Part shown: positions 27,519 through 38,677 of the stretch, in pieces
Layout: every line of letters begins with the position of its first letter
Position numbering within the stretch: the first letter of the stretch is position 1
Virus record (IMG/VR): IMGVR_UViG_3300037467_001854
Location: 1-63,736 of that record
DNA: 63,736 nt
Direction: 5' to 3' (one strand)
Origin: a virus
Taxonomy: Duplodnaviria; Caudoviricetes
Translations under genes and position numbers: made by a program
Notes under the pieces: generated by a model
What the model was told of the DNA's origin: nothing
The model's input: only the letters and a program-made list of their open reading frames with translations
Databases searched by the model: none

Positions 27519-29123
27519 ATGGGTCTCGGAGCTTTTGCCGGCGGTCTCGCCAGTGGCATCAGGAACGGCATGGACATCTATGCCGAGAAGCAGCGGCTCG
27601 ACATGGCGAAACAGGAAGAGGAGATGCGCAAGCAGGCGGCTGACCGCGAGCAGACGCGCTTCCAGCACGAGGAAGACCAGCGCCAGCGCGAGGAGCAGTT
27701 CCGCAAGGACATGGCCGACAACGTCGACGCCGTCTTCGGCAAGGCCACTCCGGGCCAGCCGGCGGTGCCCGCGCAGCCGGAGCAGACCCAGACGCTGACC
27801 GGCCCGCTCGATGCGATGGACGCCCGCGCCGGCACGATGGATGGCGTGCAGACCACGGTCACCAATCCTGCCCAGCCGGCGCAGGCGGCGATCCCGCCCT
27901 CCGGCGGCATGAACGGCATCGACCTGACCGCCCCGGAAAACCAGAAGAAGCTCGTCCAGCTTCAGGCGCTGAACTTCCAGAGCCAGATGAAGAATGGTCT
28001 GGTGAAGCCCGAGGATGTCCAGAAGTATGCCGAGTACGGCAAGAAGCTCGAGGAGCAGGGGCTGACGAAAGCGTTCGGCAAATTCCTCATGGGCGACAAC
28101 AGCGCGTTGGACGAGGTGGCCGCGAAGAACGGCGTGAAGTCCTACTCGCTGGCGTTCAAGAATGTGGACGGCATGCCGCAATCCGTGGTCCAGATCGACC
28201 GCGGCGATCAGGGCGTCACCGAGATCCCGACGATGGTATTCGCCGCCGCGATGAGCGCGAACGGCATGATCCCGGGTCTGGACAAGCAGTCCGACAACGA
28301 GACCGCCGCCTTCAAGGCCAAGGCGCTGGGCGACTATTACAAGGTCAGCGGCGCCGCCGCGACGTCGAACGCCGAGACCAATGCCCGCCGCGCGGACATT
28401 TACGGCGACCGCGTCGACAACCAGAACGTCAACGAGAATCGCCGCACCGACAGCACCGTGAGCCTGCAGGGCGCGCAGGCGCAATCCGCGCTCGACCGCG
28501 GCAGGGCCGCGCTGACCCGCGCCAACAAGACGGGAGCGACCGCTGCCACCGGCTACGATCCGAAGCTCGTCGGCGACTTGGTGAGCAAGGCCGCGCCGGT
28601 GCTGCCGTCGATCGTCAAGCGCAGCCCGCTGGACAAGAGCGGCAACCGGGACGTCTGGGCGCAGTCGGCTATCACCGATCTGGCCAACGACGATTACCGC
28701 AACGGCCGCGACCCGACCGAATCGGTTGCCGCCGCGCGCCGGACGCTGAACAACATCAACACGGCGCTGGCCCAGAGCGGCCGCACCTTCAAGAACGCGG
28801 ACGAGCTCAACGCCGCGCGGCAGGAAATGCTGGACAAGGCGCGCGAGCAGATTAAGGCCCAGCGGGCGAAGCAGAAGCCCGCGAGCGCCCCGAACCCGCA
28901 GAGCGCGTTCCCGCGCGTGTCGGCGCAGGAGCAGCAGGCGCGCGACGTCGACCGCTACGCGATCCTGCGGCAGGAGCGCGAGAAGGTTCAGCAGCAGCTC
29001 AATTCGCTGCCGACCACGGCCAGCCAGGAAGATCGCCACCGCATCGAGATGGATCTGCAGGCGATCGACCGTGAGCTGCAGGGCGCTGCCAATAAGGCCT
29101 CCGCCCTCCGTCGCAAATCCTGA
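27519..29123 (+). CDS. Internal virion / ejection protein 2
   Basis: MGLGAFAGGLASG start, coiled coils, synteny. Confidence 0.7.
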   Translation: MGLGAFAGGLASGIRNGMDIYAEKQRLDMAKQEEEMRKQAADREQTRFQHEEDQRQREEQFRKDMADNVDAVFGKATPGQPAVPAQPEQTQTLTGPLDAMDARAGTMDGVQTTVTNPAQPAQAAIPPSGGMNGIDLTAPENQKKLVQLQALNFQSQMKNGLVKPEDVQKYAEYGKKLEEQGLTKAFGKFLMGDNSALDEVAAKNGVKSYSLAFKNVDGMPQSVVQIDRGDQGVTEIPTMVFAAAMSANGMIPGLDKQSDNETAAFKAKALGDYYKVSGAAATSNAETNARRADIYGDRVDNQNVNENRRTDSTVSLQGAQAQSALDRGRAALTRANKTGATAATGYDPKLVGDLVSKAAPVLPSIVKRSPLDKSGNRDVWAQSAITDLANDDYRNGRDPTESVAAARRTLNNINTALAQSGRTFKNADELNAARQEMLDKAREQIKAQRAKQKPASAPNPQSAFPRVSAQEQQARDVDRYAILRQEREKVQQQLNSLPTTASQEDRHRIEMDLQAIDRELQGAANKASALRRKS

Positions 29124-29135
29124 TAAGGCACATCC

Positions 29136-32100
29136 ATGGCTGACTACCAAGAGTACGATCCAGAGCTGGATCCGCCCGCGGACTCCGGCACCTACCAGCC
29201 CGACACCACTTCCGACTCCGATTCGCAGGACACGCCCTCGGCGCTGCCGGTGCGAACCCGGAGCCGGAAGAACCTCGTGCCGTACTCGAAGAATGCGCCG
29301 GACGTCAGCGTCGACGATCTGTCCAATTTCGACTTCAAGTCCCTCGTGCCGAAGCCGCCGGCCAAGCCCGCATCGGCCGCGCAGAAGGGCACCTGGGACA
29401 GGATCAAGGATGCGGCCGGCACTGTGGCCAGCTCCGTCGCCGGCGGCGTCAGCGATGACATCCACGCGGTCGGCGACAAGGTCAGGCACCTGATCTCCGG
29501 CGAGCCGGACATGGGCGTCATGGGCAAGCCGCTGGCACCGGAGCTGCAGAAGGCTCCGCCCGCCGCTGCCCAGCCGCCGGTTCGCCCCGGCCTGCGCCGC
29601 GCCATGGAAGCGGCCTACGACTCCGCCACCCCGGAGCAGCGCGTCCGCATGGCCAACGCCCCGGGCGCAATGGGCGACATCGCGCGCCAGCGCGAGGCGA
29701 TCTACGGCGAGTCGCAGGGTCTGCCCAGCCAGAACGCGCTCGACCCGTCCGCCGAGGCGCGCACCTCCCGCATGATCAGCGGTGGCATGGCCGGCGACAC
29801 CGCGCAGAACTGGGGCCGGGGTGCGGCCGCGCGCGGCGACATCCCGGGCGACGAAGTCGGACAGGCGACGCCGTCGAACTTCGATTTCGAGACCGCCCGC
29901 AAATTCAAGGAAGAACCGCTCTGGTCGCATCCGCTGATGCGCGCGGCCGTCAAGGGCGTCGAGGGCTACAAGCAGGGCGTCATCGGCGTGGCCGAGTGGA
30001 TGGCCGACCTCACCGGTCAGGACGGCGCCGGCCGGGATCTGGCGAAGATGAATGCCGACAGCCAGGCGAAGACCGATGCGATCGGCGAATCCCCGTTCTA
30101 TGCCCAGCGCATGTTCGAAGGCGCTGTCTCCTCCATCGCCCAGCAGCTCCCGATGATCGGCGCTGGCGTCGTGACCGGCTCCGAGGCGCTGCCGCTGGCC
30201 GGCATGTTCGTGCAGTCCTACGGCCAGAACTACGCCGAGTCGCGCGCGGCGGGGCAGGATGTCTCGACCGCGACCGACCGCGCCGGCCTGATGGCGGCGC
30301 TGGAAGTCATCGGCGAGAAGTTCGGCCTGCACGACCAGATGCACGGCATCAAGGCCGCGGCCGGCGGCGACGTCGAGAAGGCCATCAACCTGATGGTGAA
30401 GGCCGGCATCAAGGAAGTCCCGGGCGAGGAGCTGACCACCACCGGCCAGTTCGGTGTCGACATTTCCAGCGTCGGCCTGCACAAGGAGCAGACCCTGAAG
30501 GATCTCGCCGAGCAGATCCGCGACACCGCGGTGCAGACGATGATCCAGAGCGGCATGATGACCGCCGGCACCCATGCGCTGGGCACCGCGGCGAACAAGC
30601 TCGCGCCGGCGGACGGCGCCGTGCCGCCGACCACCCGCGAGCCGCAGGGTGACATCCGCGCGCAGATCCGCGCAATGATGGATCCGAAGAACCCGAAGGA
30701 TGCCGTCTTCATCGCCAAGGGCACTCCCGTCGACGAGGCCGACATCCCCGACGATGTCATCCGCGTCGACCGGGAAGAGGGCACCCTGCTCACCACGAAT
30801 CCGCGCAAGGCGAACACCTTCAACCACGAGGACGTCCTCACCGACCGCACCATGGCCAACATCCTCGGCATCCCAGAGGACAAGGGGCAGGCGGTGGGCA
30901 CCGGTCAGGAAACCGTGATCCAGGCCACCGACAAGGACGGCAACGTGGTCAACGAGGCGGTCGACGGCGGCAGCGGCGCGAATGCGCAAGCCGTTGGCGC
31001 AACCGTGCCAGAAGGTGGCGCACTGCAGGCGCTGACCCCGGAAGAGGCGCAGCGCCGCCGCGCGCTGCTCGCGCAGCAGGAGAACGTCGTTCCGGGCGAG
31101 GACGATTCCGAGCAGGTCAAGAAGCTGCTCGAGGGCGTGCAGACCGTCGACGAGGACGGCAACCCCGTGCAGCCGCCGGCGCAGCAGGAGCAGACCCCGC
31201 CGCAGCAGCAGGCTCCAGCCGAGCAGACGCCGCCGGAGCAGCAGCCTGCCGCCGAGCAGCCGCCGGCGCAGACCCCGGAGCAGGCGCCGGAACAGCAGCC
31301 GCCGGTCGAGAACCCGCCGCAGCAGCCCGCGCCGCCGGAACAGACCCCGCCGCAGGAGCAGACGCCGCCGGAAGAGCAGAAGCCGCAGCTCCCCGACCGC
31401 GCCCCGCTGACGCCGGAGGAGCGCGACAAGGCGCGCAAGGCCTACGAGGAGCAGACGAAGGCCCGCCGCGCGCTGCTGAAACCGAAGACCCCGGAGGCCA
31501 AGCAGACGCTGTCCCAGCGCCGCGTCGCCTTCGGGCAGGCCATCGGCGCGGAAATCAACGAGGGCGGCACCCTGCTGCGCGGCGCGGATAGCCGGCCGCT
31601 GTCGGACGCGCTGCGGCAGGGGAGCGTGCGCTCTGTGATCCACGCGCTGACGAAGTCGAAGAACCACATCAGCCGCGTGATCGGCCACATGCTGGCCAAG
31701 GATCCGACGATCGCCCTGTCCATCGATGACAAGCTCATCGACAAGCGCGTCGGCCCGACCCGCAACAAGAACATCGACGATGCCCGCCGCTGGGTCGGGA
31801 CGCTCGACGCCGTGCGCGCGGTTCGCCGCACCATGGAGAACTACTCCGGCGCCGGCCTGCCCACCGCCGTGCTGCGCCATGTCGTGGTGCCTGCCGGCGC
31901 GCTGCATTCGGTGAAGTCCGCGGTCACGCTGGGCAAGATGCTGCGCCAGCACGGCGTTACGAATCGCGCCCAGTTCATGAAATTCGCCGAAGCCATGGAG
32001 CAGGCCGCGGTCGGGCACGAGAAGGCCGCGCGGGCGAACGCCTCTGCCAACCATGTCCAGAACCCGCAGACCGTGCAGGGGCTGTACGACCACGATGGCC

Positions 32101-35100
32101 ATGCCGTCCGCATGCGCGCGAGCCGCGCCTCCGACGAGCTGGTGGTCACGCACGAGATCACCCATGCGCTGACCGTCGCCGCCATCATGCATCCGAACGA
32201 GATGCAGAAGCCGTATGTCCAGAAGCTGGAGAAGCTGTTCGCCTATGTGCGCAGCCACCCGCTGCTCAGTGGTCAGTATGGTCTGGTGAACCTGCGCGAG
32301 TTCATCGCCGAGGGCTTCGGCAATCCGGAATTCCAGTTCCGCCTTTCCGAGATCCCCTACGAGTCCGACACCGCATGGGGCAAGTTCACGAAGATGATTG
32401 CCTCCCTGCTGGGCATGAAGCACTCCACCGCCTTCACCGAAATGATGGCTCTGGGCGAAGGCATCATGTCCAACAACACGGTCAAGGAACAGCGCTCCAT
32501 GGCCGACAAGCAGAAGGCGGCGAAGGAGAAGGCGGCGAAGAAGGGCAAGCAGGCCTCCACGCCGCACCTGTCGGAATCCGTAGACGAGCTGCACCGGCAG
32601 AAGGATGAAGTCGCCGGCGACCGCTTCAAGCTCCCGAAGGAAACCCGCTCGCGCTACCTGCAGGCGGCGCTGCAGGACAACTTCAACCGCGTCAACCAGG
32701 TGCAGCGCGCCGTGCAGCAGCAGGGCGGCACGGTCGATTCCGGCTCCGACATCTACGCCGCGCACGAGCGCTTCTCCGGGCAGGCCGCGGCGAAGACGGG
32801 CTGGTTCACGAAGTACACCGTCAAGCCGCTGATCCGCGACATGGGGCGCGCCGGCGTCGACATCAACGACCTGGCCCTGTACATGTACGCCCGCCATGCG
32901 GCCGAGCGCAACAAGCGCATCGCCGACATCAACGGCCGCTTTCCTGACGGCGGATCCGGCATGACGAATGCCGAGGCGGCGAACCTGCTGCAGATGTTCG
33001 CCCAGCACCCGAAGGCTGCGCAGATCAAGGCCTATGCCGCGCGCTTCGACCAGATCATCAAGGACACGCAGAAGGTCATGATCGACGGCGGTCTGGTGGA
33101 TCCGAACGTGGTCGCCGCATGGAATGCCGGCTATCAGCATTACGTCCCGCTGAAGGGCTTCGAGAAGCTCGACGAGCTGGGCACGAAGCAGATCGGCGCC
33201 GGCCGCGGCTTCGATGTGCGCGGCACGGAATCCATCCGCGCGCTGGGGCGCGAGAGCAAGGCTGGCCAGATCCTCGAGAACATCATCATGGATCACGAGC
33301 GCGCCATCGTCCGCGCCGAAAAGAACAAGGTCGCCCGCGCGCTGCTGAAGTTCGTGCGCCAGAACCCGGATGACAAGCTGTGGGATGTGAACCGCGTCGT
33401 GCTGAAGCCGTACTTCCAGAAGTCCGGCCTGCCGCCGACCCCGGGCCAGCTCCTCGATGGCGAAGTCCGCTACCGCAACGAGAAGATGAAGGATCCTGCG
33501 CGCACCGTCACCGCCAAGGTGAACGGGCAGGAGTACCACATCATGATCAACGATCCGCGGATGCTCGAGCAACTCGTCGGGGAGAAGGGCGCGCTGAACA
33601 TGGAAGGCGCGAGCGGCAAGTTCTTTCGCGCATGGTCTGCCATCAACCGCACCCTCACCAAGCTCTGGACTGCGTGGAACCCCGTCTTCACGGTGACCAA
33701 CTTCACCCGCGACTTCCTGACCGCCGCCATCAACGGCGGATCCGAGCTGGGGCCGGCGTTCGCCGCCAAGGTGGCCGCGTATTCGTTCCAGGCCATCGGC
33801 CCGATCGCGCGGCACGACATGGCTTCCAACGACATCCAGCTCGCGGCGAACCGCGGCTCGCACAACATCCCGAAGACCTGGCGCGAGCTGTACAAGCAAT
33901 ATCAGGAGGACGGCGGCAAGGCGGGCTTCTACGTCTTCGCCGAGCTGGAGGACAAGCAGCGCGAGCTGGAGCGCGCCTGGAAGCAGGCCGAGCGCATGAA
34001 CACGGTGTCGATGCGCGCCATGGCCGGCAAGGCGATGGACGCCATCCATCTGCTCGACGAGGCGATCACGGATCTGAACTCCGGCTTCGAGAATGCCACC
34101 CGCGTCGCCGCCTACCGCGCCGCGCTGGAGATGGGCAAGTCCCGCGCCGAGGCTGCATCGATCGCCAAGAACCTGACGGTGAACTTCAACCGCCGCGGCA
34201 CCCTGTCGCCGATGCTGGGATCCTTCTACCTGTTCTTCAATCCGTCCGTGCAGGGTCTGGCCCGCATGGCACGGGCGGCGAAGCGCTCCCCGAAGACCTT
34301 CGGCGTGCTGACCGCCGGCCTCGTGGCCACGGGCCTGATGGCGGCGTGGATGGGCGCAGGCGACAAGGACGAGGACGGCGTCCCATACTGGGACAAGACC
34401 GTGCCCGACTACGAGAAGCAGAAGAACCTGATCTTCATGATGGGCGGCGGCAATCGGCTGACGATCCCGCTGGCCTACGGCTACGGCTGGTTCGTGCATC
34501 TGGGCTACGGCCTGATGGACGCCATGCGCGGCCGCAGCCCGACCGCCGTCGCGCTCGAGCTGGCGAACTCCGCCATGAACCACTTCTCACCGGTGAACAT
34601 CGATATCGGCGGCAACCTCGTCACCGCGATCACGCCGACTCTGGCAGGCCCGATGGTCGAACACTGGACCAACATCAAGTCCACCGGCCAGCCGCTGCGC
34701 CCGCCGGCGCAACGCATGGACGGCACCCCGGTTCCGGATTCCGAGCGCTACTGGAGCGGCACCCGCGATTCCGCAGGGGAGCGCGTGACCACCTTCCTGA
34801 ACGAGGCGACGGGCGGCAACAGCTCGGCCCCGGGCCTGATCTCGGTCTCGCCGGAGGTGGCCAAGAACTATGTCAAGGGATACCTCGGCGGCGCCGGCAG
34901 CTTCGTCTACGATCTCGTGAATACCACCCAGCTCGGCATGACGGAGGGCTGGGAAGAGGTCGCGAACCAGAATGCCGCCCCGGGCATCAAGCAATTCTTC
35001 AAGCGCAATGCCAACAGCAAGGGCGAGCAGCGCTTCTTCATGGAGCATTCGAAGGAAGCCCTGCAGGCGCTGGACGAGTTCAAGCACTACTACGACTCGG

Positions 35101-35351
35101 AGGATCCCGCGCTGCAGGCGAAGTTCGAACGCAACGACGGGCTGATCCAGCTCGGCGCGGCAGTCTCCGGCATCGCCCGGGCGACGTCCGATCTGCGCAA
35201 GATGGATCTCGCCGCCATCAGCGACACGAGCCTGTCGGATGCCGAGCGCAAAGCAGCGCGCAAGGAGATCGATGATCAGCGCGCCGAACTCTGGCGGAAG
35301 TGGAACAACGAGTTCTACAAGAACGACTGGGGCATCAAGTCCGACAAATAA
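29136..35351 (+). CDS. Large polyvalent ejection protein with zincin-like HExxH and LPD38-like C-terminus
   Basis: 2071 aa; THEITH...REFIAE; ENATRVAAY, NLTVNFNRRG and YLFFNPSVQG motifs. Confidence 0.8.
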   Translation: MADYQEYDPELDPPADSGTYQPDTTSDSDSQDTPSALPVRTRSRKNLVPYSKNAPDVSVDDLSNFDFKSLVPKPPAKPASAAQKGTWDRIKDAAGTVASSVAGGVSDDIHAVGDKVRHLISGEPDMGVMGKPLAPELQKAPPAAAQPPVRPGLRRAMEAAYDSATPEQRVRMANAPGAMGDIARQREAIYGESQGLPSQNALDPSAEARTSRMISGGMAGDTAQNWGRGAAARGDIPGDEVGQATPSNFDFETARKFKEEPLWSHPLMRAAVKGVEGYKQGVIGVAEWMADLTGQDGAGRDLAKMNADSQAKTDAIGESPFYAQRMFEGAVSSIAQQLPMIGAGVVTGSEALPLAGMFVQSYGQNYAESRAAGQDVSTATDRAGLMAALEVIGEKFGLHDQMHGIKAAAGGDVEKAINLMVKAGIKEVPGEELTTTGQFGVDISSVGLHKEQTLKDLAEQIRDTAVQTMIQSGMMTAGTHALGTAANKLAPADGAVPPTTREPQGDIRAQIRAMMDPKNPKDAVFIAKGTPVDEADIPDDVIRVDREEGTLLTTNPRKANTFNHEDVLTDRTMANILGIPEDKGQAVGTGQETVIQATDKDGNVVNEAVDGGSGANAQAVGATVPEGGALQALTPEEAQRRRALLAQQENVVPGEDDSEQVKKLLEGVQTVDEDGNPVQPPAQQEQTPPQQQAPAEQTPPEQQPAAEQPPAQTPEQAPEQQPPVENPPQQPAPPEQTPPQEQTPPEEQKPQLPDRAPLTPEERDKARKAYEEQTKARRALLKPKTPEAKQTLSQRRVAFGQAIGAEINEGGTLLRGADSRPLSDALRQGSVRSVIHALTKSKNHISRVIGHMLAKDPTIALSIDDKLIDKRVGPTRNKNIDDARRWVGTLDAVRAVRRTMENYSGAGLPTAVLRHVVVPAGALHSVKSAVTLGKMLRQHGVTNRAQFMKFAEAMEQAAVGHEKAARANASANHVQNPQTVQGLYDHDGHAVRMRASRASDELVVTHEITHALTVAAIMHPNEMQKPYVQKLEKLFAYVRSHPLLSGQYGLVNLREFIAEGFGNPEFQFRLSEIPYESDTAWGKFTKMIASLLGMKHSTAFTEMMALGEGIMSNNTVKEQRSMADKQKAAKEKAAKKGKQASTPHLSESVDELHRQKDEVAGDRFKLPKETRSRYLQAALQDNFNRVNQVQRAVQQQGGTVDSGSDIYAAHERFSGQAAAKTGWFTKYTVKPLIRDMGRAGVDINDLALYMYARHAAERNKRIADINGRFPDGGSGMTNAEAANLLQMFAQHPKAAQIKAYAARFDQIIKDTQKVMIDGGLVDPNVVAAWNAGYQHYVPLKGFEKLDELGTKQIGAGRGFDVRGTESIRALGRESKAGQILENIIMDHERAIVRAEKNKVARALLKFVRQNPDDKLWDVNRVVLKPYFQKSGLPPTPGQLLDGEVRYRNEKMKDPARTVTAKVNGQEYHIMINDPRMLEQLVGEKGALNMEGASGKFFRAWSAINRTLTKLWTAWNPVFTVTNFTRDFLTAAINGGSELGPAFAAKVAAYSFQAIGPIARHDMASNDIQLAANRGSHNIPKTWRELYKQYQEDGGKAGFYVFAELEDKQRELERAWKQAERMNTVSMRAMAGKAMDAIHLLDEAITDLNSGFENATRVAAYRAALEMGKSRAEAASIAKNLTVNFNRRGTLSPMLGSFYLFFNPSVQGLARMARAAKRSPKTFGVLTAGLVATGLMAAWMGAGDKDEDGVPYWDKTVPDYEKQKNLIFMMGGGNRLTIPLAYGYGWFVHLGYGLMDAMRGRSPTAVALELANSAMNHFSPVNIDIGGNLVTAITPTLAGPMVEHWTNIKSTGQPLRPPAQRMDGTPVPDSERYWSGTRDSAGERVTTFLNEATGGNSSAPGLISVSPEVAKNYVKGYLGGAGSFVYDLVNTTQLGMTEGWEEVANQNAAPGIKQFFKRNANSKGEQRFFMEHSKEALQALDEFKHYYDSEDPALQAKFERNDGLIQLGAAVSGIARATSDLRKMDLAAISDTSLSDAERKAARKEIDDQRAELWRKWNNEFYKNDWGIKSDK
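31165..31392 (+). repeat. Low-complexity Pro/Gln/Glu repeat linker within the large ejection protein
   Basis: Repeated EQTPP / QQP units. Confidence 0.8.
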
Positions 35352-35886
35352 TCAAGGAGTGCTTTCGACCCGAAGCGGTCGCTGGAATGCATATTCTGTC
35401 TGTCTGCTTACTCCATGAAACGAGCCGTTTTAGCCCTCTCAATCCCCTGATCAACCCACCATTACATGCGCTGCTGCACAGTGAGATGGCGATGCGGCGG
35501 TAGGAGACATCGGCCTGCGAAATTCCGCGCGTGCTTTCTGACGCGATAGTTTGGGTCGCCATCTTCGACAAAAATCACAGGAAAATTGGTCTCCTTATCC
35601 TAGTGGGTTGCTGTCTACGCTGGGAGCAACAGCAACTTTTTAAATGCAGGTCCCATGGACATGTCCGACCAATTTGTGTAGCAGACCACGTCAAGGGTAG
35701 TAAAGCACCTTTTTTGCAAGGGAAAATTTCAAAAAACTTCCGCTAATTATGTTGCGTATAAGCAACGAACCAACTATTACTACGCTTTCTCGGATCATAA
35801 TGATTTCCGCAGTAAAACTAATATCAATCTGCACCTAACCTCAGCAAGTCAAAAGCTTCGGTGGTGCTTTTGGGGAGTCATTGTCC

Positions 35887-37890
35887 ATGCGTCTTAAACT
35901 AATCACTACGCTGGTAGCCAGCAGCGTTCTGGTCGCCGGTTGCGGTGGCGGCAGTTCTTCATCCACGTCAACGTCACCTGATCCGTCAAATCCGGGAACA
36001 ACGCAGTTAGCGCAAGCGACAGTATTTACTGGTACTGCTGCTACTGGCGCCGCCTTCGTAGGTGCGGATGTTTCTATCATTGACAAAACAGGCACTGTCG
36101 TCGGCACCGGCAAGACAGGCGCGGATGGCTCTTACACCATTACATTGAGCGCAAACGCTCAAGCTCCGTTCGTCTTGCAGGCGGTGCGTGATGACCAAAC
36201 GCTTGTTAGCGTAGCGGCTTCCACTACCGACACCAACATCAACATTTCGCCTATCACGACGCTTATCGCCGCTCGTCTTAGCGCTTCCGGTGATCCGACC
36301 AAGCTCGCGGTAGAGATGCAGGCCAACCCCTCCCTTGTCTCCTCTACGTTGGTCAAAAACAAGCTGGATGAAGTCATAGCGGTTTTAAAACCGTTATTCG
36401 ATGCCACTAGCACTAGCATAAATCCGCTTACTGGAACTTTTAAGGCTGATGGTACTGGCTTGGACCAAGCGTTGGACTCAGTGAGCATCACGATCACACC
36501 TGACAGCACCAATACATCCAATATTGAGATTGCGGTAAAACGTAAGAGCGCAGATGACAGCCCAGAGACAGCCATTCTGAAATTCTCTAGCAATGCCACC
36601 ACTGTTCCTAGCTTGCCGGTCATCGCGCCATCTACGCTGGTTGAAAGTGGAACCACCACCCTTATCGCCGAATTGTTACAGCGAATGGCCAGTTGCTATG
36701 CACTATCGGCTACCCAGCGCGTGACCACGCCTGATGTAACCAGTGCTAATGCTAGTACTGTGGTTTCCGATGTCTGCAAGGGGCTATTTGAGGGTAACGA
36801 CCCATCTGTCTACTTGAATAGTGGTAGCCACGTCGGAAGCAGCGACGCCTTTTCGGGTTTGTGGAAATCGTCCGTGACGAACGTAACATTCGATCGTGGG
36901 AATTATGAGTTCTCCCGCTCAAATGGTGATCTTGTAATTTCGTATCGAGTCGTCAATACCAATGAGACGCAGTATGCTGTAGTGCGAAAGTCGTCTGATG
37001 GCAAACTGCGCTTCTATGGCAACCAGTATCAGTATCCTGGCGACGTGAGCCCCTATCATCAAATACGCTCGTATCTGACGCAACCTTCGGCTAATAATTA
37101 CAGCACAGGCTACACGTTGTTTGTACCTAATAATGGCCAGTTCAGCAAAGTGCTGGTGACTACGCCAAAAGGAGGAGTCTTCACGCTAGTTCCAAGCGCT
37201 GGTGTCTCTTTCCTGGTGCTTCAGAAAGGCAATACCACGACTAGTACGGATTATCTTCGGATTCGCAGTGAGTTCGCGGATACCACCCGTTCGGACAATC
37301 CGGCGACGTACGAGACCAGCTTAGTTTACGCTACGACTCAAGCATCAAATGAAGAAATTGCAAGCTATCCCGAATCGAGCCTGTGGCGTTTCGATTATTT
37401 CTTGACTAACAATGCTAGCAGCACGCCTGATGCAACTCAGTATTACCGCACTGTTAATCGCGCCCTCAGCATCCCTGAAATGAAGATTCGACCTTTAGCT
37501 TCCTTGGTGAACGAAGATGCGACATATATCACCTCAAATCTCACTAACCCAAATCAGCCAAACGCAGCCTTGGTGCTCAATAACGTAGATAACGTCCAGT
37601 TTGACTGGTCGGTGCCTAACGGTGGCTTATCTCCTTATTTGATGCGAATCTTTGGCAGAAGTCCGACTGGTGTACGCTTTGAAGATAGCACTGTCGTCAC
37701 GCTGAATGCACGTACTGGAGTCATCATGTGCGCACCAGTTAGTTCCGCTGACGATCATTGCACAACGTCAGTAAATAATGCCAAAGTGTATGCCAACTCA
37801 ACTAAAGTCAACGGCTTTGACCTAGTTGCCCGAGACGAGCGCAAACGTGGATTTTCGCATTTCAATGCGACGTATACTATCTTGCCGTAA
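35887..37890 (+). CDS. Large lipoprotein, bacterial-type cargo
   Basis: Lipobox VAGC followed by GGGSSS; Ser/Thr-rich; visibly lower GC than the phage core. Confidence 0.85.
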   Translation: MRLKLITTLVASSVLVAGCGGGSSSSTSTSPDPSNPGTTQLAQATVFTGTAATGAAFVGADVSIIDKTGTVVGTGKTGADGSYTITLSANAQAPFVLQAVRDDQTLVSVAASTTDTNINISPITTLIAARLSASGDPTKLAVEMQANPSLVSSTLVKNKLDEVIAVLKPLFDATSTSINPLTGTFKADGTGLDQALDSVSITITPDSTNTSNIEIAVKRKSADDSPETAILKFSSNATTVPSLPVIAPSTLVESGTTTLIAELLQRMASCYALSATQRVTTPDVTSANASTVVSDVCKGLFEGNDPSVYLNSGSHVGSSDAFSGLWKSSVTNVTFDRGNYEFSRSNGDLVISYRVVNTNETQYAVVRKSSDGKLRFYGNQYQYPGDVSPYHQIRSYLTQPSANNYSTGYTLFVPNNGQFSKVLVTTPKGGVFTLVPSAGVSFLVLQKGNTTTSTDYLRIRSEFADTTRSDNPATYETSLVYATTQASNEEIASYPESSLWRFDYFLTNNASSTPDATQYYRTVNRALSIPEMKIRPLASLVNEDATYITSNLTNPNQPNAALVLNNVDNVQFDWSVPNGGLSPYLMRIFGRSPTGVRFEDSTVVTLNARTGVIMCAPVSSADDHCTTSVNNAKVYANSTKVNGFDLVARDERKRGFSHFNATYTILP

Positions 37891-37898
37891 GCCGGGAA

Positions 37899-38084
37899 CT
37901 ATGAAGGGATAGTCTTTCGCAGATTTACTCTTGTCCCCCGTCGGTTAATTTCGGCGGGGGCGACGCCGCTAATGCCTTTAGATATGCCGTGAAACAGAAT
38001 CAGAACGGCCAGCGTGATGCGCAAAATGAGCTTGCCGACGTCGTCGGATAAAGTCCCAACGTCGGAAGTGCGAACGGTCTTCAT
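37899..38084 (-). pseudogene. Truncated DoxX-family gene fragment
   Basis: GGAG RBS; DDVGKLILRITLAVLILFHGISK resembles a DoxX N-terminus, then the resemblance breaks off. Confidence 0.65.
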
Positions 38085-38186
38085 GGTTTTCTCCGTGTCT
38101 TGGCCGTCTGTCATTACATGGCAGCGCCAAGAAAGTGCAAACTCATTGCGCAGTTCGATTTGCACCGCGACTTGCCCAAGCGGCCG

Positions 38187-38600
38187 TCAGGTCGAGGTTA
38201 TTTGGGCAAAGGCGATAATGCTGGCAATCAAAATCATGGCATCCCCGAAAGCAATGCCCGTCCTGATTCCAACCTGGGTTTCCAGTGTGTCGGGTTGTCC
38301 GCTCAAACCGCTATACATCGCAGCGATGGCTGCCCCGATAGCGAAGAGCCCTGTGGAAGTGGCAATGAAGAAAAACGTGGCCGCCGCTTCACCGGGAAAT
38401 GCATTCGCCAACTCACCTTCCAGCGTTATGACGACTGCAGAAACGGCACTACTGAGGGAAATGATTTTTCCACTTTCCGTGCCGTCCTCTCTTCCTGCAC
38501 ATCGGTGGCTGACGTACATCAATACGCGAACCACGACGGAAAGAAGCAGACAAGCGGCGAGAGTAATGGCAGTCGCCAGCAATGCATGGTACGAGGTCAT
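38187..38600 (-). CDS. Hypothetical membrane protein, possibly decayed
   Basis: Several hydrophobic segments; GAGG RBS. Confidence 0.45.
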   Translation of the reverse strand: MTSYHALLATAITLAACLLLSVVVRVLMYVSHRCAGREDGTESGKIISLSSAVSAVVITLEGELANAFPGEAAATFFFIATSTGLFAIGAAIAAMYSGLSGQPDTLETQVGIRTGIAFGDAMILIASIIAFAQITST

Positions 38601-38677
38601 GGCAATGCCTCAGGGGAAAAAGCGCGGTCTGCAATCCTGGCTGATATGGCTTCTTCTAGCCGTTACAAACCCAGCCG

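Noticed and set aside
27501-34583. 2360-aa minus-strand ORF
   Set aside because: Antisense shadow of high-GC3 ejection genes; no motifs, and its composition is typical of a reverse frame
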